A stretch of DNA of 64,000 nt from an archaeon (GTDB lineage Archaea > Iainarchaeota > Iainarchaeia > Iainarchaeales > 1-14-0-10-31-34), in NCBI GenBank assembly GCA_043819075.1, contig JBDRFE010000060.1:780-64779 (forward strand). The letters run 5' to 3'. Made by a program: the position numbers and the translations under genes. Within the stretch, counting starts at the first letter, position 1. Each line of letters opens with the position of its first letter. Positions 19,535 to 28,838 of this stretch are shown one piece after another. The notes under the pieces are model-generated. The model did no database searches and was not told the origin of the DNA. It saw only the letters and a list, made by a program, of their open reading frames with translations.

Positions 19535-20716
19535 ATGAAAAAATTCAGCCCTTTGCCGGGAAACAAATTGTTTGATGCATTAAAAAACGAGAAAACAATT
19601 ATTATGGCATGCAACACCAGAATTACGATAGGCATTTTAAAAGGGATTTTCAGGGCGGCAAAAGAGCTTGATGCAGCAGTAATGTTTGAGTTAGCTAAAT
19701 CAGAGTCAGATTTAAGCGGAGGATACACCGGATTAAAGCCAAAAGATTTTGCCGCAATAGCAAGAGATGCTGCAGCAGAAATCGGCTTTGATGTCTGGGC
19801 ACTGCATGCAGACCATTTAATAATAAAAAAAGGCTCTGAAGAAGAAGTTAATGCAATGAAGGCATTAATTGAAGCACAGGTTAAGGCAGGCTTTACTTCT
19901 TTTGCCTTGGATGCATCTTTTTTGTTTGACTTTAACGGAAAAACAGTTGAAGAAGAACTCAGAAAAAACATTGAAATTACTGCAGAACTCGCTAAATTTA
20001 TTGAAGAAAAAATGAACGGAACTGAATTCGGATTAGAAGTTGAAGTAGGCGAAATAGGGAAGAAAAACGAGCACGGAATGGTTTTAACTACACCAGAAGA
20101 AGCAGTTGTTTTCATCAGGGAACTAAATAAGCGCGGTGTCTTTCCTAATGTAATTGGAATAGCAAACGGTTCAACTCACGGAAACATTTATGATGAAAAA
20201 GGAAAACGCATTGAACAAATTTCAATTGACATTAATCGGACAATTGAAGTAGGCAGGGCATTAAAAGACCAGGGATTTAATGCAAGGATTGCCCAGCACG
20301 GAATAACAGGAACTCCAAGAGAATTAATTAAAGAAAAATTTCCTGCAGACTTTGTTTTGAAAGGAAACGTAGGCACTTTATGGCAGGATATTTTTTATGA
20401 AATACTTAAAGTAAACAAGCCTGAATTGTATAAAGAAATAACTGAATGGGTTTTGAATTCTTTTAAGGAAGAGGCAGGAAAAAAAGGAATTAAAAGCGAG
20501 GAAGAACTTTTAGGCAAATACATTAAGTTTGCTGTCGGGGCAAGAAACGAGAAAGGAAAATTTCTTTTCTTTGACAAAATTTATTCTTTGGACAAAAACA
20601 CTGAAAAAACTCTTGAAGCAAGAGCTTTTTCCGAGGCAGCAATGTTTTTTGATGCATTCCATGCAATTGGTTCAGCCCAAAAAGTGAGAGAGCATTTAAA
20701 GAGAATAAGCTCTTAG
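19535..20716 (+). CDS. class II (metal-dependent) ketose-bisphosphate aldolase family protein
   Basis: TIM-barrel-like aldolase pattern (ALHADHL); directly downstream of fbp. Confidence 0.45.
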   Translation: MKKFSPLPGNKLFDALKNEKTIIMACNTRITIGILKGIFRAAKELDAAVMFELAKSESDLSGGYTGLKPKDFAAIARDAAAEIGFDVWALHADHLIIKKGSEEEVNAMKALIEAQVKAGFTSFALDASFLFDFNGKTVEEELRKNIEITAELAKFIEEKMNGTEFGLEVEVGEIGKKNEHGMVLTTPEEAVVFIRELNKRGVFPNVIGIANGSTHGNIYDEKGKRIEQISIDINRTIEVGRALKDQGFNARIAQHGITGTPRELIKEKFPADFVLKGNVGTLWQDIFYEILKVNKPELYKEITEWVLNSFKEEAGKKGIKSEEELLGKYIKFAVGARNEKGKFLFFDKIYSLDKNTEKTLEARAFSEAAMFFDAFHAIGSAQKVREHLKRISS

Positions 20717-20757
20717 TTCTAGTATTGTATTACTCTGCAACTATTGTACCAAAAAGC

Positions 20758-20765
20758 CTTTATAA
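20758..20765 (+). promoter_or_regulatory. TATA-like box (TTTATAAA) upstream of structured element copy A
   Basis: Consensus-like archaeal TATA about 30 nt ahead of the GGAGGAAA hairpin. Confidence 0.3.
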
Positions 20766-20861
20766 AGCCGGAAATACTATTACTTCAGTAAAAACATTTA
20801 ATCTTCCTTCACCCCGGAGGAAATTTCACCTCACGAAATTTTTCCTCCCTCCTTTTTTTTT

Positions 20862-20962
20862 CGCGATTTCAACCGCTCACTCGGTTGACGCGTGTGCAGA
20901 GCGTAAAGCTCTGCTAGCATGGCTTTATGCCGTGCCTCGTGCTCAAACGGCGAAACGTTTGA
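20862..20962 (+). ncRNA. GC-rich twin-hairpin structured element, copy A (stand-alone candidate sRNA)
   Basis: GCAGAGC-GTAAA-GCTCTGC TA GCATGGC-TTTAT-GCCGTGC, then CAAACG-GCGAAA-CGTTTG; oligo-T runs at 20969-20985. Confidence 0.45.
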
Positions 20963-21009
20963 AAAGCTGTTTTTTAAGTTTTTTGCTTTAACTTTAATTA
21001 GGTGATGCT

Positions 21010-21399
21010 TTGTTTAAGAAAACTTTTTTTTTGACTGCTTTAATTGCTTTAATTCCTTTGGCTTTTGCTGAAGCCGCTTCTCATCCATGGGATTTTTTAA
21101 GGTCGATTTCTTCTATGGCTTATTCTTTTGATTCAGCTACAAGAGTTCTTGTATTTGTTTTTGCCTTGGCTTTATGCTTTATTGCATTGAAAGCTTATCT
21201 GAAAAACAAATCCAGAAGGCTTTTGTTAATCAGCGGAGCATTTTTTTTGTTTGCAGTTAAATGGTTTCTTAAAATCCTTGACTTGTTTTTGAGCCCAGGA
21301 AGCTTTCTTCCTGATGCATCTGAAAACGTCTTTGAGTTATTTATTTTATTGTTTTTGTTTATTGCCTTGTTTTTTAAGCCAAAACAAAAAGGGGTTTAA
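21010..21399 (+). CDS. small membrane protein
   Basis: Signal/TM segments. Confidence 0.3.
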   Translation: MFKKTFFLTALIALIPLAFAEAASHPWDFLRSISSMAYSFDSATRVLVFVFALALCFIALKAYLKNKSRRLLLISGAFFLFAVKWFLKILDLFLSPGSFLPDASENVFELFILLFLFIALFFKPKQKGV

Positions 21400-21405
21400 T
21401 GCATT

Positions 21406-21930
21406 ATGCAGGACTCTGATGCCCTGAACCTTGATTCAAGGAAAAAAATTTATGAGTTAATTGAAGAAAACCCAGGGCTTCATTTCAGGGAAATAGAACG
21501 AAGAACTGGACTTGCTGTCGGCAGCTTGCAGTACCATCTGGAGTTCCTGCAGAAAAGCCATTTAATTAAGTCTTTCAGGCAGGGAAAATTTTTAAGGTAT
21601 TATACTTCAAAAGAATCTGTTGTAGAAGAAAAAGCCGCAATGTCTTTTTTGAGGAAGCCAAGTTCAAGGAAAATAATTATTTTTTTGCTGAACAAAAAAA
21701 AAGCAAACAATTTAGTGATTTCAAAAAAAATTGGATTGTCTCCTTCAACTACTTCATGGCATTTAGAGCAATTGGTTAAAGAAAGCGTTTTAGGCAAAGA
21801 AAAAAGAGGAAGGGAAAGCCTTTTTTTTGTGGTTAACCCAAATGAAGTTGCTTCTTTGTTAGTTGAACACAAAAAGTCTTTTGTTGATGAATTAGTTGAT
21901 AACTTTGTTGAAGTCTGGACAGAAATTTAG
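21406..21930 (+). CDS. tandem winged-helix transcriptional regulator
   Basis: Two wHTH-like segments (REIERRTGLAVGSLQYHLEFL; ISKKIGLSPSTTSWHLEQL). Confidence 0.5.
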   Translation: MQDSDALNLDSRKKIYELIEENPGLHFREIERRTGLAVGSLQYHLEFLQKSHLIKSFRQGKFLRYYTSKESVVEEKAAMSFLRKPSSRKIIIFLLNKKKANNLVISKKIGLSPSTTSWHLEQLVKESVLGKEKRGRESLFFVVNPNEVASLLVEHKKSFVDELVDNFVEVWTEI

Positions 21931-22050
21931 TTACTCTAATACTTCTGATTCAGCGTCTTGTATTTCTTCTGCTTCTTCTCCACAGCACTGTTCTGCTTCA
22001 GCCTGTGAATCATATTCGTTGTTGCAGCCCACACAAACAAATTTTTTCAT
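21931..22050 (-). CDS. 39-aa Cys-containing acidic peptide (MKKFVCVGCNNEYDSQAEAEQCCGEE...)
   Basis: Short ORF below the track cutoff; CxxC...CC. Confidence 0.2.
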   Translation of the reverse strand: MKKFVCVGCNNEYDSQAEAEQCCGEEAEEIQDAESEVLE

Positions 22051-22113
22051 AAAGCCAACCCCCTAAAGCTTTCTGAATAATCTATTTCTTTGCAATAGTT
22101 TTTTTAAAGGCTT

Positions 22114-23040
22114 TTAACTGATTTGAGTGCCTGTTTTTCCTTTTAATGCAGGAACAAGCCTGTCAAGAGAAGTTATTACTGCTTTTTTTCCGCCTGATTC
22201 AATGAATTTAATGCAGGACTCGATTTTTGGCTTCATAGAGCCTTTGCCGAACTCATTTTTTTCAAGCAATTCCTTTAACTCTTTTACTTTTATTTTTCTT
22301 ATTTTTTGCTGGTTTTTTTTGTTGTAGTTCAGGTAAACGAATTCAACGTCAGTTAAAATAATCATTTCTTTTATTCCAAGAGAAACAGCAAGCAATGTTG
22401 ATGCCTTGTCTTTGTCTATTACTGCTTCAATGCCATTCCATTTTTTTCCTTTTTTTGTTACCGGAATTCCTCCTCCCCCACAGCAGACAACAATGCTTCC
22501 TTTTTTCATTAACTCTTTTATTGCTTTTATTTGCAAAATTTTTTTTGGCTCAGGTGAAGCAACAACTTTTCTGTACCCTCTTCCGGAGTCTTCAATGAAA
22601 TCCTTTATTTTTAGTTCAGAAATTTTTTCTTTTGAATAAAACGGCCCAATCGGCTTTGACGGATTCCTAAAAGCAGGGTCTTTTTTGTTTACCTCTATTT
22701 CTGTTACAACAGTTAAAATTTCTTTTTCCGGCAAAAAATTTCTTAAAGATTTCTGGATTAAATAGCCTATCTGTCCTTGAGTCATTGCGTCTTCGACATC
22801 TAAAGGCATTTTTGGGATTTTTGTTTCACAGCTCATCTGGATTTCAAGGTTTCCTACTTGTGGTCCGTTCCCATGCGTTAAAACAACTGTATAATCCTTT
22901 CTGATTAATTCAGCTATTTTTTTTGTTGTTGCATCAACGTTTTTTATTTGTTCTTCAACTTTTCCTTTCTGCCCTTCTTTTATTAAAGCGTTTCCGCCTA
23001 ATGCAACCAGAATTGTTTTCATGAGAAAAGTATTATTCAA
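22114..23040 (-). CDS. arcC: carbamate kinase
   Basis: ILVALGGNAL N-terminus and CCGGGGIPV motif. Confidence 0.85.
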   Translation of the reverse strand: MNNTFLMKTILVALGGNALIKEGQKGKVEEQIKNVDATTKKIAELIRKDYTVVLTHGNGPQVGNLEIQMSCETKIPKMPLDVEDAMTQGQIGYLIQKSLRNFLPEKEILTVVTEIEVNKKDPAFRNPSKPIGPFYSKEKISELKIKDFIEDSGRGYRKVVASPEPKKILQIKAIKELMKKGSIVVCCGGGGIPVTKKGKKWNGIEAVIDKDKASTLLAVSLGIKEMIILTDVEFVYLNYNKKNQQKIRKIKVKELKELLEKNEFGKGSMKPKIESCIKFIESGGKKAVITSLDRLVPALKGKTGTQIS

Positions 23041-23078
23041 GCTTAACTTTTTTATTCTGAACTGCTGTTCTTATTTAA

Positions 23079-24443
23079 ATGACCCAAAAAACAAGGCTTT
23101 TGATTGCAGTTTTTGCTGTAATAATTTTTCTTTTAACATTGTTTATTCCATTGCAGTTAGAGCCATTGCAGAGAGTTGTTTTAGCTGTTTTATTTCTTGC
23201 AATGATTTTATGGTTTTCTGAGTTAGTGCCATTGCATATCACTGCATTTATTGCAGCGTTTTTATTAATTGTTGTCGGAGGCTTTTTTGACAAAACAGTT
23301 TTTACTCCAAAAACAGTTTTTGCCCCTTTTTTTGACCCAATAATAATGCTTTTGCTTGGAGGCTTTGTTCTGGCTTTAGGACTTCAAAAGCATGGCTTGG
23401 ATAAATTAATTTCTTTTGTTTTATTGGAAAAAGTCGGCAGCAAGCCAAAAAAATTTTTATTAGGTTTAATGTGCTTAACAGCATTTTTTTCTTTTTGGAT
23501 GTCAAACACTGCTTCAACTGCAATAATGCTGCCAATTGCAATAGTTGTATTGAATTCAAATAAATTAAAGCCATTGGAATCAAATTTTGGAAAATCTTTG
23601 GTGTTAGGAATTGCTTTTGCTGCAACAATTGGCGGCATTGGAACAGTTATTGGTTCTCCGCCAAATGCAATGGCTTTAAGCTATCTGAATGCAGAAGGAA
23701 TTTCTTTTGGCTTTTCAGACTGGCTGTTATTTGGATTGCCTTTAACATTAATTTTGCTGCCGATTGCATGGTTTGTTTTAATAAAATTTTTTCAGCCGGA
23801 AATTCATGTAATTAAATCAGATTTTTCTTTTTCTCCTTTAACTAAAAACCAAAAACTTGTTTTATTGATTTTTGGGGTAACAGTTTTTTTCTGGCTGACA
23901 ACAGGCTTTCATGGAATGGAAACCTCTGTTGTGGCATTGATTCCAGTAATCTTATTGTATGCTTTTGGCTTGCTTGACACAAAAGACATTAACAAAATAA
24001 GCTGGAGTGCATTAATTTTGTTTGGAGGAGGATTAACTTTAGGCAGTGCAATTCAGGCTGTTGGGTTAGATGAATTGTTTGCCTCTTTTTTGTTCACTTT
24101 TTTGTCTAACCAGCCTGTCCTGCTTGTTTTGGCTGCTTTAGCTGTTTTTGCAGTAATTTTTACTTTGGTTGCAAGCAATACTGCTGCAGCAGCAATCAGC
24201 ATTCCTTTAGTGATTCCTTTGGCTAAAGGATTAGGCATTCCGGTTGAAACAGCTGTAATAGTTATTGCAATAGGAGTTTCACTGGATTTTATTGTGCCAA
24301 TCGGCACTCCGCCAAGCACTATAGCTTATTCTTCTGGTTATATCCGAACTTCTGACATGGCTAAACCAGGAATAATTATTGCTTTAATTGGAATTGCATT
24401 GCTTACCTTGCTGGCGTTTTTCTTATGGCCGTTTCTGGTTTAA
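23079..24443 (+). CDS. DASS/SLC13-family anion:Na+ symporter
   Basis: Two SNT(A)/SPPN hairpin motifs (MSNTASTAIMLPIA; GSPPNAMA); about 12 TM segments. Confidence 0.7.
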   Translation: MTQKTRLLIAVFAVIIFLLTLFIPLQLEPLQRVVLAVLFLAMILWFSELVPLHITAFIAAFLLIVVGGFFDKTVFTPKTVFAPFFDPIIMLLLGGFVLALGLQKHGLDKLISFVLLEKVGSKPKKFLLGLMCLTAFFSFWMSNTASTAIMLPIAIVVLNSNKLKPLESNFGKSLVLGIAFAATIGGIGTVIGSPPNAMALSYLNAEGISFGFSDWLLFGLPLTLILLPIAWFVLIKFFQPEIHVIKSDFSFSPLTKNQKLVLLIFGVTVFFWLTTGFHGMETSVVALIPVILLYAFGLLDTKDINKISWSALILFGGGLTLGSAIQAVGLDELFASFLFTFLSNQPVLLVLAALAVFAVIFTLVASNTAAAAISIPLVIPLAKGLGIPVETAVIVIAIGVSLDFIVPIGTPPSTIAYSSGYIRTSDMAKPGIIIALIGIALLTLLAFFLWPFLV

Positions 24444-24493
24444 CTGACTGTTATTTTAATTTTTTTCTTTCATTAATTCTTTTTGGTGGTTTA

Positions 24494-25000
24494 ATGAGAG
24501 TTGTGTTTGTTATTGCAAAAAACGGTTTTCGTGACGAAGAACTGTTTCACACAAAAGAAGAACTGGAAAAAGAAAAAATTGAAACAGTGATTGCTTCAAC
24601 AGAAAAAGGCTTGTGTCAAGGAAAACTTGGCGGAACAATTGAAGCAGAATTATCAATAGAAGAAATCAGTGTAGAAGAATTTGATGCAATAATTTTTGTT
24701 GGGGGTTCTGGAGCAAAAGAGTATTTTGAAGATGAAATTGCGTTAAATCTTGCAAGAGAATTTAATAAAAAAACAAAGCTTGTTGCTGCAATCTGCATTG
24801 CCCCGTCAATTCTTGCTAACGCTGGCTTGCTGGAAGGAAAAACCGTTACAGCTTTTGCAAGCGAAAAAGAAAACTTAACAGAACAAGGAGCTTTTTTTTC
24901 AGGCGAACCAGTTGAAGTTTCAGGAAACATTGTTACAGCCAATGGCCCGAAAGCCGCAAGAGATTTTGGAAAAAAAATAGCTGAACTGTTGAATGAATAA
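24494..25000 (+). CDS. DJ-1/PfpI family protein
   Basis: AAICIAPSILANAGLL nucleophile-elbow region; start at ATG 24494. Confidence 0.7.
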   Translation: MRVVFVIAKNGFRDEELFHTKEELEKEKIETVIASTEKGLCQGKLGGTIEAELSIEEISVEEFDAIIFVGGSGAKEYFEDEIALNLAREFNKKTKLVAAICIAPSILANAGLLEGKTVTAFASEKENLTEQGAFFSGEPVEVSGNIVTANGPKAARDFGKKIAELLNE

Positions 25001-25016
25001 AAAAAATTTTCAATGA

Positions 25017-25427
25017 TTACTCGCCGATTATTTTAACTAAAACCCTTTTTTTTCTTTGACCGTCAAATTCAGCGTAATAAATTTGTTCCCATGTTCCTAA
25101 ATCAAGTTTTCCGTTTGATACTGCAACAGTTGTTTCCCTTCCCATTATTGTTCGCATTAAATGAGCGTACGCATTATCTTCGCCTGTAAGGTTATGCCTG
25201 TAATCTTTGTCCGGCACTAATTTTTTCAGCCATTCCTTGTAGTCCTCTATTAAGCCTGTTTCAGCGTCATTAATGTACACAGAAGAAGTAATATGCATTG
25301 GATTCACTAAAACAATTCCTTCTTTTATTCTGCTTTTTTTTACAGCTTCTTCTACTTGTTGTGTGATGTTAATGAATTCAATCCTGTTTTTTGTATTAAA
25401 AAACAGGTATTCTGTAAATGTTTTCAT
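25017..25427 (-). CDS. YjbQ/UPF0047 family protein
   Basis: Family-like length and composition. Confidence 0.5.
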   Translation of the reverse strand: MKTFTEYLFFNTKNRIEFINITQQVEEAVKKSRIKEGIVLVNPMHITSSVYINDAETGLIEDYKEWLKKLVPDKDYRHNLTGEDNAYAHLMRTIMGRETTVAVSNGKLDLGTWEQIYYAEFDGQRKKRVLVKIIGE

Positions 25428-25431
25428 AAAA

Positions 25432-25503
25432 TGGGAAAGGGGAGAATCGGACTCCCGACCTTTCGATTATCAGTCGAACGCTCTGCCACTAAGCCACTCT
25501 CCC
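25432..25503 (-). tRNA. tRNA-Ile (anticodon GAT)
   Basis: Acceptor GGGAGAG/CTTTCCC (one G.U), anticodon stem TTCGA/TCGAA, loop CTGATAA, T-arm GGGAG-TCCGATT-CTCCC. Confidence 0.7.
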
Positions 25504-25759
25504 AACACCTTTTCCAAAAGGTGCAACTTAAACCAAAAAGGTTTAAGTGCACAACAAAATAAAAATTTTGTTGCTGTAACAAAATGCACGGCATTCGCTT
25601 TTTGCTCAGCCGGGCTGTAATGGCCAAAAAAACCAAAACAAGTAGTAATTATTTCTTTAAGTAAATAATTAAAGCTTTTGTGGAAGAATCCGTGAATCAC
25701 TTCTGTAAAACATTAAGATGTTTCGTTGCTAAAATAATTTAAATGCTGTGGTTAAGAAG

Positions 25760-25935
25760 AGGTTGTACTAGCACGGGTTTATCCCATGCACAGTCACATC
25801 CGAGCGAAATCGCGAATAGCCCAGAAGAGATCCCAACAACAGTTTCGGCTGTTGGGTACGAGGCACGACGTGAAGTCGTGCTAGCACAGCTTTATGCTGT
25901 GCACTGGTGTCAAGCTGACAGCGGCAGTTGTGAAA
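25760..25935. ncRNA. GC-rich twin-hairpin structured element, copy B (on the 3' flank of tRNA-Gln)
   Basis: GCACGGG-TTTAT-CCCATGC ... CAACAG-TTTCGG-CTGTTG ... GCACGAC-GTGAA-GTCGTGC TA GCACAGC-TTTAT-GCTGTGC, then the ACTGGTGTCAAGCTGACAGCGGCAG motif. Confidence 0.45.
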
Positions 25936-26008
25936 TAGCCCCGAGGAGATTCGAACTCCTGTCAACGGGTTCAAAGCCCGTCATCCTTGGCCACTAGACT
26001 ACGGGGCT
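25936..26008 (-). tRNA. tRNA-Gln (anticodon TTG)
   Basis: Acceptor AGCCCCG/CGGGGCT, anticodon stem ACGGG/CCCGT, loop CTTTGAA, T-arm AGGAG-TTCGAAT-CTCCT. Confidence 0.8.
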
Positions 26009-26364
26009 GACAAGGATATAACTAATAAAAAAAACAATTAAATATTAATGAGCTATTGAATAAAATGAAATAACTCGATATATTTGCACACCAACTGAGC
26101 GAGACGGTTGTTGAACAGCTGTTTTTAAGCTTTTTCTATTATCATCTTTTTTTTTGTTCATTTTTTTTGTTTTATTTTCTTTTTTTTGTGTTTTCCATTA
26201 AAAAAAACTGTTCGGAATACCAACTTTTTTTACTGAAACGGTTTGCTTATGAATGGCTCAAACTTTTTAAATAGAACAGGTGTTTGTATTAATGCCTTTT
26301 GTTAGTTAAAAAAAATGCCTTTTGTTAGCTAAAAAAAGACAAGGAATCGGTTAGGGGTGATTAA

Positions 26365-26736
26365 GTGAGTTTAATTTCATTGACTTTTGGCAACAAAAAA
26401 AATAGTTTCTCTGTTTCTTCTGCAATCCAGATTGTAAGGCCTGCTGACTGCCTTGTATCAAAGGCTGGCATTGAAAATACTGTTAGAGTGGTTAAATCAT
26501 GCTTTTTTTTCAAGCAAAAAGAACCGTATATTGTTGCAAACATTGTTTCAGGAATTGTATCAGAGAAAATGTGCGGGACAGTGAATGGAAGAAATTTTGA
26601 AATAGTTGAACTGGAATCAAAATACGGTGACGCTGGAATAGCAAAAAAAGGAATGACTATTGGCTTGATGGTTAAAGGACTTGAAAACGAAGTCATTGAA
26701 TCAGGTTCAACAATTTCTTTTGAAGAAAAAAAATAA
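26365..26736 (+). CDS. hypothetical small protein (beta-barrel-like)
   Basis: Plus-strand ORF preferred over the antisense 26361..26741 ORF on composition. Confidence 0.3.
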   Translation: MSLISLTFGNKKNSFSVSSAIQIVRPADCLVSKAGIENTVRVVKSCFFFKQKEPYIVANIVSGIVSEKMCGTVNGRNFEIVELESKYGDAGIAKKGMTIGLMVKGLENEVIESGSTISFEEKK

Positions 26737-26741
26737 TTCAT

Positions 26742-28469
26742 TCATTTTTTTCTTGTTAATAACAGAACACTAAATAAAACCACTAAAACGAATGCAGGGT
26801 TTATTTCTGGTGCTTCGACTGATGGAATGGTTGTTGGCCCTAATTCGATTATTTTGTATCCTGAGTTGTTTGTTTTGTTTTGTTCTGGGATTTGTTCTTC
26901 TGGAATGTAGTATGGTTCTCCGTCGTCCCAGTATGCGCTGTTTGGGTTTGTTGGGTTAACATAGTATTCTGGTGAGGATTCGACTTCATTGCTTACAACT
27001 AAAAATTCTATTTTGTAGTTGTTTCTTTCAAAAAAATCATAACTGCTTAAATCAATGTTTAAGTCGTATTCTTCAAAGTCAGGTGAATTAAAGGTTAAAT
27101 AGAATGGGCTTGGGCCGTATATTGCTTGGTGTGTTGTTGCGTCGCTTATTATGATGAATGCTTTTGCGTTCACTGGTTGTGAAATAAAGTAATTTACTTT
27201 TGCTTTAACCCTTATTTTTCCGTTGACTGCGAATCTTCCAGCTGGTTCAACTGGAATTAATTCAAAGTTTGAGATAGAGAAAACGTCTGCTGTGATTGGT
27301 TTAATGCTGATTTCAATTGAGTCTCTTGTTGTGTTTGTGTCTGTGGTTACTGTAAAAGAAATGTTGTGGTCTCCGATGCTTAAGCCTGAGTATGAAAGGT
27401 TTTCGTCTGTTGGATTCCAGCCTGTGTCTTTGTTTGAATCCCATTGAACTGTATAAGCGCTTGAGCTTGAAATGTTTGATTTAAAGTTGATTGTTGTTCC
27501 GACAAAAAAATTGTTTCCGTCAAACGGAGTTAAAATTGATGCATTCAAAAATGTTTCTGGTTCTGCCGGAGGAGGCTCTGTTATTGTAATGTTTCGGGAA
27601 TTTGAGTTGCTTCCATAAAGGCTTCCGACAACGCTTGTTGAAGTTGGTGCATCATCTGGCCTTACAAAAATACAGTAGTTTCCTGCAGGAATTGATGGAA
27701 TAGTCCAGTTATATGTTTTTGCGCCAGCTGTTTGGTATGCTGTTGAATAAAAGTTTGTTCCTGCACCAAGAGTGCAGTTGCTTTGAGGGGCATAATATAA
27801 TTGGGAGCGGATGTTGTCATTGTTTGCATCGCTTGTGTTCCATGCAATTGTAAGTTGTTGTCCTTGTTCTCTTGATGTTCCGTTTGAGGGAGCAGTTAAT
27901 GTTGCAATTGGCGGAAAATTCATCAAAAAACTTTTTCCTGTGCTTAGATACTTTGTTGTTGGATTAATGTTTGTGCCTGTCACAACCATTCTCAGCCTGT
28001 AAATTGTATCTGGAGAGCCAGTATAAGTGTTAATCATCCAAGCAGGGTAATATCCTGAACCCCAAGTCCATGTAGCACCGGTTGCAAGGCTTGCTATAGT
28101 GTATGCTTCTGTGCCTCCTGGATAAGTTGAAAACATTTTATATCCTGTTAGAGGAACACTAGTAATATTTAGGTTTTGGTAGTTAGAGCAATTTATTCCC
28201 TGGCAGTATTGCAGTCTTGCTGTCAGGTTAAGGCATGGGCCAGTATTGCACACTAGGTTAAGGGCGATGTAAGGATATGGATTGTAATCTCTAAGAAGAG
28301 TTGTTGTTGGAGAACGCCAGGTTAGTGTAACTGTTGCATAACTGTCTCCATCTATTATGTCTCCAGTGTCTTCTCCAGAGTCAAGTGGGTCTCCTTCAGC
28401 TGCATTAACTGAACTAAACAAAAGCATGAAAAAAATAGCCAATAAAAATAATTGTGTTTTTTTGTTCAT
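26742..28469 (-). CDS. large cell-surface glycoprotein with C-terminal TM anchor
   Basis: Signal peptide, many N-x-S/T sequons, C-terminal hydrophobic stretch followed by RKK. Confidence 0.5.
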   Translation of the reverse strand: MNKKTQLFLLAIFFMLLFSSVNAAEGDPLDSGEDTGDIIDGDSYATVTLTWRSPTTTLLRDYNPYPYIALNLVCNTGPCLNLTARLQYCQGINCSNYQNLNITSVPLTGYKMFSTYPGGTEAYTIASLATGATWTWGSGYYPAWMINTYTGSPDTIYRLRMVVTGTNINPTTKYLSTGKSFLMNFPPIATLTAPSNGTSREQGQQLTIAWNTSDANNDNIRSQLYYAPQSNCTLGAGTNFYSTAYQTAGAKTYNWTIPSIPAGNYCIFVRPDDAPTSTSVVGSLYGSNSNSRNITITEPPPAEPETFLNASILTPFDGNNFFVGTTINFKSNISSSSAYTVQWDSNKDTGWNPTDENLSYSGLSIGDHNISFTVTTDTNTTRDSIEISIKPITADVFSISNFELIPVEPAGRFAVNGKIRVKAKVNYFISQPVNAKAFIIISDATTHQAIYGPSPFYLTFNSPDFEEYDLNIDLSSYDFFERNNYKIEFLVVSNEVESSPEYYVNPTNPNSAYWDDGEPYYIPEEQIPEQNKTNNSGYKIIELGPTTIPSVEAPEINPAFVLVVLFSVLLLTRKK

Positions 28470-28580
28470 TCAGTATTTAGATGGTTTTTCTTGTATTTAT
28501 TTATTGCTTTTTGCAGTTTAATGCATTGCTTTAAAATATTGTTTTGTTTTTTGTTTTAATGTGGTTTTAAAGGCGATTGA

Positions 28581-28772
28581 ATGGGTTTAACTGATATGTT
28601 TAAGAAAAAAGAAGAAGAAAAACAGGAACCAAAAGAAGCTGTTCCAGAAGGAAAATACAATCAGGCTTGCGCTTTATGCGGAGCAGAAGGAACAGAAAAA
28701 AAGTGGGCTGGACAGTACTGGCACAAAAAATGCATGAGAAAATCTCGGAAGATGGCTCGTGGAATGTTTTAA
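28581..28772 (+). CDS. small Cys-containing protein
   Basis: ORF with CALC...KKC. Confidence 0.25.
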   Translation: MGLTDMFKKKEEEKQEPKEAVPEGKYNQACALCGAEGTEKKWAGQYWHKKCMRKSRKMARGMF

Positions 28773-28838
28773 GAATTAATTAACACTGGCAGTCTACTGT
28801 CTCAAAGCTTTTTTATACGCTAAAAACAAAATCTTATT

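Noticed and set aside
505-20115. Numerous antisense/overlapping ORFs from the track (e.g. 505..711, 1111..1422, 2000..2290, 3352..3774, 9659..10183, 11903..12397, 13793..14227, 19531..20115)
   Set aside because: Each lies entirely within a well-supported gene on the other strand and has low-complexity Phe/Leu/Ser-rich translations expected from AT-rich antisense frames.
26361-26741. Minus-strand 126-aa ORF
   Set aside because: Fully antisense to a more protein-like plus-strand ORF; composition (Ser/Phe/Thr-rich) is typical of antisense frames of AT-rich genes.
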